From Ignavibacteria bacterium (GTDB taxonomy: Bacteria; Bacteroidota; Ignavibacteria; Kapaibacteriales; UBA961): a stretch of 64,000 nucleotides of DNA. Both the position numbers and the translations under genes were made by a program. The notes beneath the pieces are model-generated. The model saw only the letters and a list, made by a program, of their open reading frames with translations, was not told where the DNA came from and made no database searches. Within the stretch, counting starts at the first letter, position 1; each line of letters opens with the position of its first letter. This document shows, piece after piece, positions 8,825 to 19,426 of this stretch. Where the stretch lies: positions 51 through 64,050 of the forward strand of contig VGWD01000011.1 in the NCBI GenBank assembly GCA_016873735.1, given 5' to 3'.

Positions 8825-9850
8825 TTATTTGAGTGAACCGATGATGACCGGCTTTTCGCTTGCACATGCCCGGATGATTTCATCCACATATTCGGGTGCA
8901 ACTGCGATGATCATACCGATACCGAGATTAAATGCCTTGCGCATTTCTTCATCAATGATGGAACCGGCTTGTTGAATGATCGAGAAAATCGGGGGGATGG
9001 TCCAGCTTGACCAATCGATATGCAATTCCAAACCTTCGGGTACAATGCGTTTTGTATTCCCTACAATGCCACCACCCGTGATATGTGACAAAGCTTTGAT
9101 ATTTCCTTTGTCAATCAAAGGAAGCAGAAGAGTTGCATAGGAGCGATGCACCGCAAGCAATGCCTCACTCAATGTTCCGCCGAGTTCATCAATATGTTGA
9201 TTCACATCATATTTCGGAAACAAAGCGGCTCTCGCGAGAGAATATCCATTCGTGTGCAAACCTGTTGAAGCCAATCCAATCAATATATCACCTTTGGCAA
9301 GCGTTTTATGCGGGAGGATTTTTGGTTTGTCCACCACGCCGACAATAGTGCCGGCCATGTCATATTCACCTTCTGCATACATCGAAGGCATTTCTGCAGT
9401 TTCGCCACCAATGAGCGCGCAACCATTTTGCTCGCATGCAAGTGCCAACCCTTTGATCACTTCAGTAGCAATATCCGGTTTCAATGCACCAGTTGCGAAA
9501 TAGTCTAAAAAGAAGAGTGGTTTTGCTCCACAGGCTAGAATATCATTCACGCAATGATTCACGAGATCTTGGCCTACAGTCCCATGAATACCGGTCGTGA
9601 ATGCAATCTTTAATTTTGTTCCAACACCATCCGTACTTGCCACGAGGACGGGATGTTCAAGTTCCGGAAATCGACCATCATATAATCCACCAAATAACCC
9701 GATATCAGTCAATACAGCCGGAGAAAAAGTTCGGCGAATATAGGGCTTGATTGCATCAACTGTTTTGTCTCCGGCTATAATGTTTACGCCGGAAGATGAA
9801 TAGGTCAACATGGCAATGTATATGATTAGATAAAAAAAAGGCAGGTACAC
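8825..9850 (-). CDS. purM: Phosphoribosylformylglycinamidine cyclo-ligase (AIR synthetase)
   Basis: DGVGTKLKIA motif and PurM-family layout. 341 aa. Confidence 0.9.
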   Translation of the reverse strand: MYLPFFYLIIYIAMLTYSSSGVNIIAGDKTVDAIKPYIRRTFSPAVLTDIGLFGGLYDGRFPELEHPVLVASTDGVGTKLKIAFTTGIHGTVGQDLVNHCVNDILACGAKPLFFLDYFATGALKPDIATEVIKGLALACEQNGCALIGGETAEMPSMYAEGEYDMAGTIVGVVDKPKILPHKTLAKGDILIGLASTGLHTNGYSLARAALFPKYDVNQHIDELGGTLSEALLAVHRSYATLLLPLIDKGNIKALSHITGGGIVGNTKRIVPEGLELHIDWSSWTIPPIFSIIQQAGSIIDEEMRKAFNLGIGMIIAVAPEYVDEIIRACASEKPVIIGSLK

Positions 9851-9892
9851 GATTGCTGTGATACCTGCCGATAAAAAGTCTGGTATGTGGTA

Positions 9893-10276
9893 TCAGCTTG
9901 TTTTTTGACGAATCTTACGCTCACTCATGCCACGAAGATAATACAACTTGGCTCTGCGAACGCTACCACGCTTCACGACATCAATATTGGAAATGATAGG
10001 TGAGCACAGTGGGAAAATACGCTCAACACCTACACCATTGGAAATCTTGCGAACGCGGAAAGTTGCATTGATTCCTGAGCCACGGCGAGCAATGACGATA
10101 CCTTGGAAATTCTGAACGCGCTCTTTTTCACCTTCAATAACGCGAACAGCAATATTTACGGTATCACCGGGACGAAAATCAGGCATGATGAATGAGCCGG
10201 ATTCATTCTTTTGATTCCGAACTTCATGGGCGGCCTGCACATATTTTTGCTCAACGAGCTGGACCTTCAATGACAT
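9893..10276 (-). CDS. rplS: 50S ribosomal protein L19
   Basis: L19 family similarity. Start at MSLKVQL preceded by AAGGAG Shine-Dalgarno (plus 10278-10288). Confidence 0.85.
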   Translation of the reverse strand: MSLKVQLVEQKYVQAAHEVRNQKNESGSFIMPDFRPGDTVNIAVRVIEGEKERVQNFQGIVIARRGSGINATFRVRKISNGVGVERIFPLCSPIISNIDVVKRGSVRRAKLYYLRGMSERKIRQKTS

Positions 10277-10528
10277 TGTATTCTCCTTAACGCAGATTTC
10301 TTTCAATAGAGAACACTAATCTAAGGAAAAGTATTGTGTCGGCAAACAAGAAATTCGGCCTAAATCAGCCGAAATTCATGAAATCGTGGAAAAACTGGGG
10401 AAAATTACCCATAAATTTAATTCCACAGCTCATGATTCTGTGGTAATTTTGTGGACTTAAGCTATGTCAAACTGATGCTCTGCATCAGGTATTCGCCACC
10501 AATTTCAGACTTACTCAGGAGCTTCCCC

Positions 10529-11635
10529 ATGATTATCGGCGTTCCACGCGAAATCAAGCCGAATGAGAATCGCGTCGCACTCACTCCCGGCGGTGCAGAA
10601 TTATTGATCGCAAACAAACATGCAGTCATTATTGAAAAAGATGCCGGAGTCGGTAGCGGTTTTTCTGATGACATGTATATCAAAGCTGGTGCAAAAATCA
10701 TCCCGACCGCGGCAGAAGTCTATGGTCAGGCAGAGATGATCATGAAGGTGAAAGAGCCTATCGCACCGGAATATGGACTCATCAAAGAGAATCAAGTACT
10801 CTTCACATATTTCCATTTTGCCGCTTCCCGTGAACTCACAGAAGCAATGGTAAAAGCAAAAGCAATTTGTATTGCCTATGAAACAGTGATGAAGTCAGAC
10901 AATTCTCTTCCACTCCTTATTCCAATGAGTGAAGTTGCCGGAAGAATGGCTCCGCAAGAAGGAGCAAAATATCTTGAGCGTACCATGGGTGGTCGCGGTG
11001 TATTGCTCGGAGGTGTTCCCGGCACTGAGCCTGCGAATGTATTGGTACTCGGTGGTGGTATTGTTGGAACAAATGCAGCAAAGATTGCAGCAGGATTTGG
11101 TGCAAAAGTCACCATCATGGATAATAATCTGTATCGTCTACGCTATTTGGATGATGTGATGGCTAAGAATGTGATGACCGTGATGTCCACTCCGGACAAT
11201 ATTCGTCGTCATGCTCAGCAAGCCGATCTCGTGATTGGTGCAGTATTGATTGCAGGAGCAAAAGCTCCTCATTTGATTACTAAAGACATGCTCTCGACCA
11301 TGAAGCCGGGTGCTGTAGTGGTTGATGTTTCAGTTGATCAAGGTGGTTGCATCGAAACATGCAAACCAACGACGCATGAAAATCCGACCTATGTCGTGGA
11401 CGGCATCCTGCATTATTGCGTTGCCAATATGCCCGGCGCTGTTCCTTATACATCAACGATTGCTCTTACAAATGCAACTCTTCCTTATGCTGTGCAACTT
11501 GCAAACAAAGGATGGGAGAAAGCATGTTCAGATAATCACGAGTTGTACTATGGCGTGAATACTGTTAGCGGAACAATCGTTTATCAAGCGGTTGCAGAGG
11601 CCTTCGACATGCCGTATAGCGAACTGAAACTCTGA
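10529..11635 (+). CDS. ald: Alanine dehydrogenase
   Basis: MIIGVPREIK...RVALTP N-terminus, NAD-binding GGGIVGTNAA. AGGAG RBS at ~10516. Confidence 0.9.
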   Translation: MIIGVPREIKPNENRVALTPGGAELLIANKHAVIIEKDAGVGSGFSDDMYIKAGAKIIPTAAEVYGQAEMIMKVKEPIAPEYGLIKENQVLFTYFHFAASRELTEAMVKAKAICIAYETVMKSDNSLPLLIPMSEVAGRMAPQEGAKYLERTMGGRGVLLGGVPGTEPANVLVLGGGIVGTNAAKIAAGFGAKVTIMDNNLYRLRYLDDVMAKNVMTVMSTPDNIRRHAQQADLVIGAVLIAGAKAPHLITKDMLSTMKPGAVVVDVSVDQGGCIETCKPTTHENPTYVVDGILHYCVANMPGAVPYTSTIALTNATLPYAVQLANKGWEKACSDNHELYYGVNTVSGTIVYQAVAEAFDMPYSELKL

Positions 11636-11659
11636 AAGTGAATTATTCTTTCATGAAGG

Positions 11660-13282
11660 GTGTTTGCTCATGCATTCACCCTTTTTTTATCGGACATTAT
11701 GTCACTTTGTGCAATTCCATCAGCCCAAATCATTCCTGATGAAAGCATTTTCTCAGGATATGAATCATCGCATCCGTTGACGGTAAAGCATTTCAAAGAA
11801 ATGCAAGATGGTACCTATTGGTTTCAGCGTCTTTTGACTATTGAATCTTCATTCATGAGAAATGTGAATGAACGTTCTAAAAAAGTCATCGCGCATGTTC
11901 AGAAGGTAGAAGGCGAAAAAGAATTCGACATTGTCTATGGGGGCGGCGGACTTGCAATCATACATGCCGCTTTGATGGCAAAAGTGTATGGTTATTCGGT
12001 TTGTTTATTCGACAAATTCGGGGTGGGGATCACACATCGCGATTGGAATATCAGCTATCAGGAATTACTCGTTTTATGTGATTGCGGACTCTTCACCGAA
12101 GAACAATTGCAATCATTCATCACATGCACATATCGTAGTGGTTTTGTGAAATTCCATGATGCGAATTCTGCGATCAAGACTCCACATTTGTGGATGGACC
12201 ATGTACTCGATAATGCCCTTGATGCAAATGCACTACTTTCTGCCGCAAGAGACATTGTGCTTTCGCATGGTGGGACAATTCTCGATAATGCACACTTCGA
12301 ATCAATCATAGTTGATGGAAGAATGGCTCATGTAACAATCAAAGAACATGGCATTGAACGTATAATCAACACATCACTCTTTATTGATGGCATGGGTGCA
12401 TTTTCTCCGATTGCCAAATCACTGAATCCTAATGCGCCGTTCACACATTGCTGTCCGACAGTTGGTACGATTTCATCAGGTTTCAAAACAGGCACCGGAG
12501 AGCGAGAAGTTGATTTCAGTGTCGGCGAAATTCTCGTCACGAATGAAGACATGCTCCCCGATGGCAGACAACTCATTTGGGAAGGTTTTCCCAGCTCGAA
12601 TGATCGCTTTGTCACTTATCTCTTTTTCTATGATGCGATTGATTCCCCATCCGATAAATCACTTCTGAATTTATATGAATTGTTCTTCGAGAAACTTTCT
12701 TCATATAAAGAACCGGGCGAGCATTTTGATATCGGTAGACCGCTTTTCGGCATCATCCCTTCTTATTCACATAAGGGATTTGGTAATGCTCGTATTTCCG
12801 CTGATGACAATATTCTCTGCATTGGTGATGCAGCAGCACTCAGCTCACCGCTTTCCTATTGCGGATTCGGATCATTTGTTCGTAATCTTCCGCGCACGAC
12901 AAAAGCACTGCATCAAGCTATGCAGGCAAACAACCTCACGGCTGCATCACTCAAAACGATTAATGCATTTGAATCACGCGTTGCAATCATGTCTAATTTT
13001 GCAGCATTCCTTCAAGGCAAAAAGGGTCAACCCGCAAATACTGTGAATGAAACAATGAATCTCTTCATGGATGTGCTTGCTCATTTACCGAATCATATTG
13101 CTCAAGAAGTGTTTCGAGATACAATGCAATGGGAATCGTATAATATCATGATGAGCACGGTGCCGAAAAGACATCCAATGTCCTATAAGATGTTGATTCG
13201 CACGCATGGTATTTGGGGATTGCTCAGATGGGTTTTGAATTTTGTAGGATTCACCCTCAGTGAAAAAAGGCGGAAGTCTTAA
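11660..13282 (+). CDS. FAD/NAD(P)-binding oxidoreductase, possibly CruA/CruP-type lycopene cyclase family
   Basis: GGGGLAI Rossmann motif near the N-terminus. ~540 aa. The track start is GTG; the true start may be ATG 11699. Family call is tentative. Confidence 0.4.
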   Translation: MFAHAFTLFLSDIMSLCAIPSAQIIPDESIFSGYESSHPLTVKHFKEMQDGTYWFQRLLTIESSFMRNVNERSKKVIAHVQKVEGEKEFDIVYGGGGLAIIHAALMAKVYGYSVCLFDKFGVGITHRDWNISYQELLVLCDCGLFTEEQLQSFITCTYRSGFVKFHDANSAIKTPHLWMDHVLDNALDANALLSAARDIVLSHGGTILDNAHFESIIVDGRMAHVTIKEHGIERIINTSLFIDGMGAFSPIAKSLNPNAPFTHCCPTVGTISSGFKTGTGEREVDFSVGEILVTNEDMLPDGRQLIWEGFPSSNDRFVTYLFFYDAIDSPSDKSLLNLYELFFEKLSSYKEPGEHFDIGRPLFGIIPSYSHKGFGNARISADDNILCIGDAAALSSPLSYCGFGSFVRNLPRTTKALHQAMQANNLTAASLKTINAFESRVAIMSNFAAFLQGKKGQPANTVNETMNLFMDVLAHLPNHIAQEVFRDTMQWESYNIMMSTVPKRHPMSYKMLIRTHGIWGLLRWVLNFVGFTLSEKRRKS

Positions 13283-13650
13283 CGAAGAATCACTTGTGAA
13301 GCATGGACATAGGGCTCTTCGCCACCATGCACATGACCAAATACTGAAATCTCAATTCCTTCTTTCAAACTAGGCAATGGATCTTTGCCTGTATATTCCA
13401 CTTTGAAGATTGTACCTTGTTGATCTTTCGCATGAAAATGTCCTTCATGATGTTGATGTCCATCATTTTCAACAATGGTACAAACGGCATCAATTTTTAA
13501 TTTCTGTGCTTGCTCCACATCCGATGATTGTTCACTCATATTCATTGCAGTAGAAAAACTCACTGATTGCAAAGCACCGAATTGCATGGCATACCAAAAG
13601 GTGAATGGAAGAAGAAGTATCAATGCTATGAGAATAATGCGCTTTTGCAT
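13279..13650 (-). CDS. CcmE-like OB-fold paralog, truncated before the heme-binding tail, with His-rich insert (DGHQHHEGHFH)
   Basis: Aligns to the OB core of the adjacent CcmE (FKVEYTGKDP..ISVFGHV vs IQVEYQGARP..IVVKGLF). Ends ...ILR where CcmE continues ILTKCPSKYE. Start MQKRIIL just downstream of the ccmE stop. Confidence 0.55.
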   Translation of the reverse strand: MQKRIILIALILLLPFTFWYAMQFGALQSVSFSTAMNMSEQSSDVEQAQKLKIDAVCTIVENDGHQHHEGHFHAKDQQGTIFKVEYTGKDPLPSLKEGIEISVFGHVHGGEEPYVHASQVILR

Positions 13651-13663
13651 AGGTGATCGTTGA

Positions 13664-14056
13664 TTATATACCGGATTTGCGTAGCTGTTCGGCATTGCCT
13701 TCATATTTTGAAGGACATTTCGTAAGGATTTCATATGCAATGAATTGTTGATCTTCAAAAAGACCTTTCACCACGATGCTTTCCGCGATATCGAAATTAT
13801 TCGGTCTTGCTCCCTGATACTCAACTTGTATTTCTTCACCTTTTTCATCCTTCATCGTGAAAGTAAAGAGATTCCGCCCTGCATCATAATTGGATCCTTT
13901 ATCACGAACCCATGTTCCCTTTACCTGCATTTTTTTCCCGGTCTCACGTGCAGCTTCAATCGTTCCATATGCAATTTTACTGGAATCTAATACGGTGATG
14001 CCGATGACTAAAAATGCCAAACTTATGATCATGCCGATGATATATCGCTTTTTCAT
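13664..14056 (-). CDS. ccmE: Cytochrome c-type biogenesis heme chaperone CcmE, CxxxY variant
   Basis: N-terminal TM, OB-fold, C-terminal KCPSKYE (CxxxY in place of the canonical HxxxY). Confidence 0.75.
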   Translation of the reverse strand: MKKRYIIGMIISLAFLVIGITVLDSSKIAYGTIEAARETGKKMQVKGTWVRDKGSNYDAGRNLFTFTMKDEKGEEIQVEYQGARPNNFDIAESIVVKGLFEDQQFIAYEILTKCPSKYEGNAEQLRKSGI

Positions 14057-14067
14057 TTCAATTCCTT

Positions 14068-14196
14068 TTACTTGATATGTTGCTCAAGTTGTTTGACCGA
14101 ACCATCCAATCTATTGACATAGAATGCGAGCCCAAGCCAGATCACGAGGGCGATGATCAGAACAACATAAATGGCATTGTGTTCAAAAAATGACAT
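14068..14196 (-). CDS. ccmD: Heme exporter protein D (small single-TM protein, 42 aa: MSFFEHNAIYVVLIIALVIWLGLAFYVNRL...)
   Basis: Not in the ORF track. Translated by hand from the minus strand. ATGA overlap with the ccmC stop, RBS before ccmE. Position between ccmC and ccmE is diagnostic. Confidence 0.6.
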   Translation of the reverse strand: MSFFEHNAIYVVLIIALVIWLGLAFYVNRLDGSVKQLEQHIK

Positions 14197-15254
14197 CATA
14201 TACGCGATTCCTTATGAAGCATGCGAGATTGAAATTCTCTTCCTGCAAGACGAATCCGGGAAGCAAGATTAAGTAACCAGAAATACAGCATCGTGAATGA
14301 ACAAAATGCCATGCTGAGAATGATTTGCTTAAGAATATCGAGCGTACCGGCTTGCTGACTCAAGACCGGTCCTGCATTTGAATCATCAGCCGAGCCGGGA
14401 TGAAGTCCTCCATAAATGCGAGGCGCAACATAAATGAAAAACACTGCCGCAATCGCACCGATGATGGCATAGACCGAGGAGAGTCGTGCTCTTGTATGCT
14501 CTTGTTCGATTGCTGATCTCAAAATGAAATAAGCAGCATAAATCAATAATAGTACAAATATCGATGTCTCTCGAGGGTCCCAATTCCAGAATGAACCCCA
14601 ATTGAATTTAGCCCAGATCGCACCCGATACCGTTGCAAGTATGCAAAATACCGTGCCCAATGCGGCAGATGAAGATGCAATGATATCAAGTCGTGGTGAT
14701 GGATTTTTGAGATAGCGAATGGACATGATCATCGAGACGATATAAGCCAAAAATGCAATCCATGACATTGGAACATGGAAATACAAAATGCGTGCTCTCT
14801 CTTCAAGGCCAACGATATATGGTAGTGTAATGAAGGGGTCAATGTGAATGATGCTTGATAATCTCAATTCCGCATCGGAATTCCCACGCTTCATGTGTGC
14901 AATGATTGGTTTGCCATTACCCAATCCATCAAGCGAAGTTGCGGTCAATCGAAGCATGAACATTCGTTCTTTCCCTTGCACCGGTATAAGCCATTCACCT
15001 GTTGCTTGCTTCTCTGCTTTTGAAGCATCAATTGTACAAAGAACAGGTATGTCTTTTTGCAATCCCATGCGATGGACCAATGCGACATCTTCCGGTGTTC
15101 CGGCAATGCGTGGAAACAAAGCCAAGAAAACCATGCTTGACATCAATGTGATGAGTATGAGGCGCATCCATAATGGTCGTGGTTTGAGCAATCCGGGATA
15201 TACACCCCACAGGATGCCAAGTATGAAACCAATGGATAAAATGAGAGCTTTCAT
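14196..15254 (-). CDS. ccmC: Heme exporter protein C (CcmC) with ~130-aa N-terminal extension
   Basis: WWD domain FNWGSFWNWDPRE, multiple TM. Confidence 0.8.
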   Translation of the reverse strand: MKALILSIGFILGILWGVYPGLLKPRPLWMRLILITLMSSMVFLALFPRIAGTPEDVALVHRMGLQKDIPVLCTIDASKAEKQATGEWLIPVQGKERMFMLRLTATSLDGLGNGKPIIAHMKRGNSDAELRLSSIIHIDPFITLPYIVGLEERARILYFHVPMSWIAFLAYIVSMIMSIRYLKNPSPRLDIIASSSAALGTVFCILATVSGAIWAKFNWGSFWNWDPRETSIFVLLLIYAAYFILRSAIEQEHTRARLSSVYAIIGAIAAVFFIYVAPRIYGGLHPGSADDSNAGPVLSQQAGTLDILKQIILSMAFCSFTMLYFWLLNLASRIRLAGREFQSRMLHKESRI

Positions 15255-15306
15255 GCATTCAAATGTTTGTGAAGTCCAAATTTACTTTTTTGATGATATA
15301 TGACCA

Positions 15307-16014
15307 CTACTGTTTCCATGGATTGGAAGCCCAAACAGAAAATTCGGGGATCATGGCCCGATCATCTAGCTCTAAAATGGACTTGATCATATAGGCGATT
15401 TCCTGAGAACGAAGTTTATTGTCGGCAGCGATACGCTCAATTCGCTCTTCGGAATTGAAAGCAGTCGCAACTTCACTTGGATTCACCTGCATCACCCGAA
15501 TGGAATGTTTTCGAAGTTCATGTTGCCAACTTTCTGTCATGGCTCTAAGAGCAAATTTACTTGCAGCATAAATGCCACCACGCTCAAAACCTCGAAGCGA
15601 AGCTGTTGAACCGATATTTATGATTGTTCCGCTTTGTTGATTTATGAAGATTCCCGCGGCCTTTTGCGCCATCAATGCCGGTCCAAACACATTCGTGCGA
15701 AAAATTTGCTCATACTGATCCAATGTTGCATCAAGAAGAGTTGGAAAAGCTCCTAATCCCGCATTATTGATGAGTACATCGAGTCCGCCTGCATGGGCAA
15801 GAAATTCTTGATATGTTCTGTCTATGTCTTCAGATTTTGTGACATCGGCAACAATTGGAAATGCACCCGAATATGCAGCTGCTACGTTCAAACGACTTGC
15901 ATCTCTTCCCGTGATACCGACTTCAGCGCCTGCATCAACAAGGCATTTTGCTGTTTCTTTGCCAATGCCTAGTGAACCACCGGTGATGAGAATATTACTT
16001 CCTTGAAGTTTCAC
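15307..16014 (-). CDS. SDR family short-chain dehydrogenase/reductase
   Basis: TGGSLGIGK cofactor motif and YxxxK (YAASK). Confidence 0.85.
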   Translation of the reverse strand: MKLQGSNILITGGSLGIGKETAKCLVDAGAEVGITGRDASRLNVAAAYSGAFPIVADVTKSEDIDRTYQEFLAHAGGLDVLINNAGLGAFPTLLDATLDQYEQIFRTNVFGPALMAQKAAGIFINQQSGTIINIGSTASLRGFERGGIYAASKFALRAMTESWQHELRKHSIRVMQVNPSEVATAFNSEERIERIAADNKLRSQEIAYMIKSILELDDRAMIPEFSVWASNPWKQ

Positions 16015-17048
16015 GATGATGTCCTTTCAGTTCGAATTGATCGTGGATTTACGGTGAATTGTAATGAATGAAATGCTTCCTCACCAAGATATTTCAATTT
16101 GAGTGATCCAAGGAAACCAATCATTGCAGCATTGTCCATGCAATAGGAAAGCTTTGGTAGAAACACATTGACAGGTCTTTTTAGTGATGCACCATGCAAT
16201 GCCTCGCGTAGACGAGAATTTGCGGAGACACCTCCTGCAACGATGATGTTCTTGATGCGATGTTCTTTGGATGCTCGAAGAAGTTTATGAATCAACACTT
16301 CAATGATGGCTTCCTGAACCGAAGCACAAATATCTCGCATGATGGATTGATCTGTGATGCCCTGTGGAAATTCTCTCTGGAGAAAATATCTCACTGATGT
16401 TTTTAGTCCTGAAAAACTAAAATCATAGTGTTGTTCATGCATCAATGCTCTCGGGAATACATATGCCCTCGGATTGCCCCCCTTGGCGAGTGCATCAATG
16501 CGGGGCCCGGCAGGATAACCAAGTCCAAGCATTTTACCAATTTTGTCGAATGCCTCTCCAGCAGCATCATCCTTTGTACTGCCAAGGATGATTTCATCAC
16601 CGAAAGATCTTACAAGAAATATGCTGGTATGCCCACCACTGACAATCAAGGCAATGAATGGGAAATCACATTCGGCATGCTCTATCATGCCGCTATAGAT
16701 ATGTCCTTCAATATGATGAACCGGAATCACAGGAATTTCCAATTTCAATCCGAGTCCTTTTGCAAATGATGAACCGACAAGTAATGCACCGGCGAGTCCC
16801 GGCTGTGTGGTCACGGCAATCGAAGTGAGATCATGATATTCTTTTCCGGATTCGTTCATAGCTTTATCCACTATAAGCGAGATCGCTTGCAAATGGGCTC
16901 TGGATGCTAGTTCCGGAATCACGCCACCATATTGTTCATGAATTGTTTGTGATGAAATCACATTGCTGAGTACTGCACCATTATGAATGATGGCTGCCGA
17001 TGTTTCATCGCATGAACTTTCTATTGCAAGTATGATACGATCCATCAT
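16011..17048 (-). CDS. tsaD: tRNA N6-adenosine threonylcarbamoyltransferase
   Basis: SCDETSAAI, VIPVHHIEGH. 345 aa Kae1/TsaD family. Confidence 0.9.
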   Translation of the reverse strand: MMDRIILAIESSCDETSAAIIHNGAVLSNVISSQTIHEQYGGVIPELASRAHLQAISLIVDKAMNESGKEYHDLTSIAVTTQPGLAGALLVGSSFAKGLGLKLEIPVIPVHHIEGHIYSGMIEHAECDFPFIALIVSGGHTSIFLVRSFGDEIILGSTKDDAAGEAFDKIGKMLGLGYPAGPRIDALAKGGNPRAYVFPRALMHEQHYDFSFSGLKTSVRYFLQREFPQGITDQSIMRDICASVQEAIIEVLIHKLLRASKEHRIKNIIVAGGVSANSRLREALHGASLKRPVNVFLPKLSYCMDNAAMIGFLGSLKLKYLGEEAFHSLQFTVNPRSIRTERTSS

Positions 17049-19426
17049 TACATCTCCACGACCGTGACGCCTTCTCCGCCTTCAGGGATGGTGCCATTTC
17101 TGAATGAGCGGACAGCGGGATGTGATGACAATTGCTCATGAATGGCTTTCCGCAATGCTCCCGTGCCTTTTCCATGAATGATGGTCACCAATGTTATATT
17201 GGAAAGAATGGCATCTGAGAGTAATCGCTCAACATCTTTGCATGCTTCATCAGCACGATATCCACGAAGATCTATGCTTGTTTTTACATCGAGCTTTAGC
17301 ACTGTAGACATGGATTTCTGCGAATACTCAGCTTTACGTTTATCGGCGCGATTTGCTTTTTTGAGTTGTGACAATTGCGTTTTGAACTTGATGCCATTAA
17401 ACTCCACGACAGCCGAACCCGCTTCTTGATCCATCGTGATGATAATACCAACATCACGAATATTATCTCCAATGATAACCGAATCACCCATGGAAAATCC
17501 ATCGGATTGATTTCGATCAGTTTTTTCTGCATGATGCAATTTCTTGGTGAGTTCCTGTTTTACTGCATCATACTGTTTGCGTATATCACCCACATCTTTT
17601 TGCTGCTCACGAATTTCCTTGATGGTTTGCTCAATCAAACCATTTGCCTGAGCAAGAACTTCCTTTGCTTCATTTCTGGCGGATTGCAAATATTCTGCTT
17701 TCTTCTTCTTGATGTCCGATGCTTTGAGTTCATATTCTTCACGTAAAGCCTGTGCTTTGGAAAATTCCATTCTTGCGGCTTTCAATGATTCTTCTGCCTG
17801 CACTCTGAACGCCTGCAATGAAGCAATGCTTTGTTCTAGCTCCGAATGCTTATCACCGAGATATTCACGAGCTTTATCCATCACACCACTAGACATGCCG
17901 ATGGAGTTCGCAAGAGCAAATGCATAACTGTTGCCGGGAATGCCGGATAGAAATGTATAGGTGGGCACAAGATGCACGGGATCAAATTCCATTGAAGCAT
18001 TGAGCAATTCTTTATGATTGAGCGCATAACTTTTGAGGGAAGATTGATGAGTAGTGACGATGAACATTGCTTTATGCTCTATGCAATGATCGAGTATGGC
18101 AGAGGCCAATGCGCTTCCCTCCTGCGGATCAGTACCTGAGCAAATTTCATCTATCAAGATAAGAGATGCATCGTCAGCGTGATCGACGATGTCTTTGAGT
18201 CTCATCACTTGGGATGAAAATGTACTCAAATTATGTTCGATGGATTGATGATCGCCAATTGCACAAAAAAGAGATTTCGGACTTGTAAGACATTCCCCAA
18301 GTGGAAAAATTCCCGACAAAGCCATGGCGATATTGAGTCCGATGCTTTTCAGTGCAACTGTCTTCCCGCCAGCATTCGGTCCGGAAATGAGATGTCCCAA
18401 AATGCCGGATCCAAATTCAATTGAAAGCGGAATTGGTTTTTTCCCTTGTCTTGCAAAGAGCAAAGGGTGATAGACATGTCGTAACTCTATTTCCGAATCT
18501 TTGGTAATCACCGGCTTCATGCCATTCATGTCGAGTGCATATCGCGCCTTTGCAAATAGAGCATCAAAATGAGCAAGTACATCAGTCGAACCTAATATCA
18601 AAGCAGCTTCCGATGCAATCTCGGCAGTCAGCATCGTGAGTATGCGAATCATTTCCCTGCGTTCTTCACCAAGAAGCAAGGACAATTGATTATTCATTTC
18701 AACGATTTCTGATGGCTCTACAAATACGGTTGCTCCGGTATTAGAAACACCATGTATGATCCCCGGCATGGTTCGTTTTTCTGATGCACGCATCGGTAAT
18801 ACGAATCGACCTTCCCTTTGAGTGATGAATTCATCTGTTACCAAATCTTCAGCTGATACCTTTGAGAGGAGTTTATTGAGTCTTGAACGAAGCCGAGATG
18901 ATGTTTCAACGATCTCTCTTCTGATATGCGAAAGTTCTTTGCTTGCAGTATCTCGAATAGCCCCCGTATCATCGATTGCATCTGTGATATGTTTTTCCAG
19001 AAAACGATTTTCATAAAACCCTTCACCGAATGTTGCCAATACCGGTGAAGTTTCAGCTTTATTCTTAAAATACGAAGCAAGAAATCTGCAAGCCCTCATG
19101 GCCTCACATATATCCAATAATTCCGAAGCATTTAAAAACCCTCCGGCAATCATTGATTTTTGAACGGCATTACGAATATCAGATATGCCCTCTGTTGGCA
19201 ATATTTCTCCCCTTACCAACAAATCTCGTAATTCACCAATGCGATCATGCTCAAGCATAAGCCATGCAATGTCTTTGGATGGACGTGCATTCAAAATGAG
19301 TTCTTTGCCTAAGTCAGACAAAGCGGATTGCGCTATCAATTGTAGGACAATCGGGAATTCTAGCTCGCGCAAAGAATCCTCCATCAATCGATGTTTGGCT
19401 TGGGATGTGGGCAAAGAATCACTCAT
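17048..19426 (-). CDS. mutS2: Endonuclease MutS2 (MutS domains + C-terminal Smr)
   Basis: Walker A SGPNAGGKT, C-terminal Smr domain. Start ambiguous (19474, 19426 or 19384). Confidence 0.85.
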   Translation of the reverse strand: MSDSLPTSQAKHRLMEDSLRELEFPIVLQLIAQSALSDLGKELILNARPSKDIAWLMLEHDRIGELRDLLVRGEILPTEGISDIRNAVQKSMIAGGFLNASELLDICEAMRACRFLASYFKNKAETSPVLATFGEGFYENRFLEKHITDAIDDTGAIRDTASKELSHIRREIVETSSRLRSRLNKLLSKVSAEDLVTDEFITQREGRFVLPMRASEKRTMPGIIHGVSNTGATVFVEPSEIVEMNNQLSLLLGEERREMIRILTMLTAEIASEAALILGSTDVLAHFDALFAKARYALDMNGMKPVITKDSEIELRHVYHPLLFARQGKKPIPLSIEFGSGILGHLISGPNAGGKTVALKSIGLNIAMALSGIFPLGECLTSPKSLFCAIGDHQSIEHNLSTFSSQVMRLKDIVDHADDASLILIDEICSGTDPQEGSALASAILDHCIEHKAMFIVTTHQSSLKSYALNHKELLNASMEFDPVHLVPTYTFLSGIPGNSYAFALANSIGMSSGVMDKAREYLGDKHSELEQSIASLQAFRVQAEESLKAARMEFSKAQALREEYELKASDIKKKKAEYLQSARNEAKEVLAQANGLIEQTIKEIREQQKDVGDIRKQYDAVKQELTKKLHHAEKTDRNQSDGFSMGDSVIIGDNIRDVGIIITMDQEAGSAVVEFNGIKFKTQLSQLKKANRADKRKAEYSQKSMSTVLKLDVKTSIDLRGYRADEACKDVERLLSDAILSNITLVTIIHGKGTGALRKAIHEQLSSHPAVRSFRNGTIPEGGEGVTVVEM

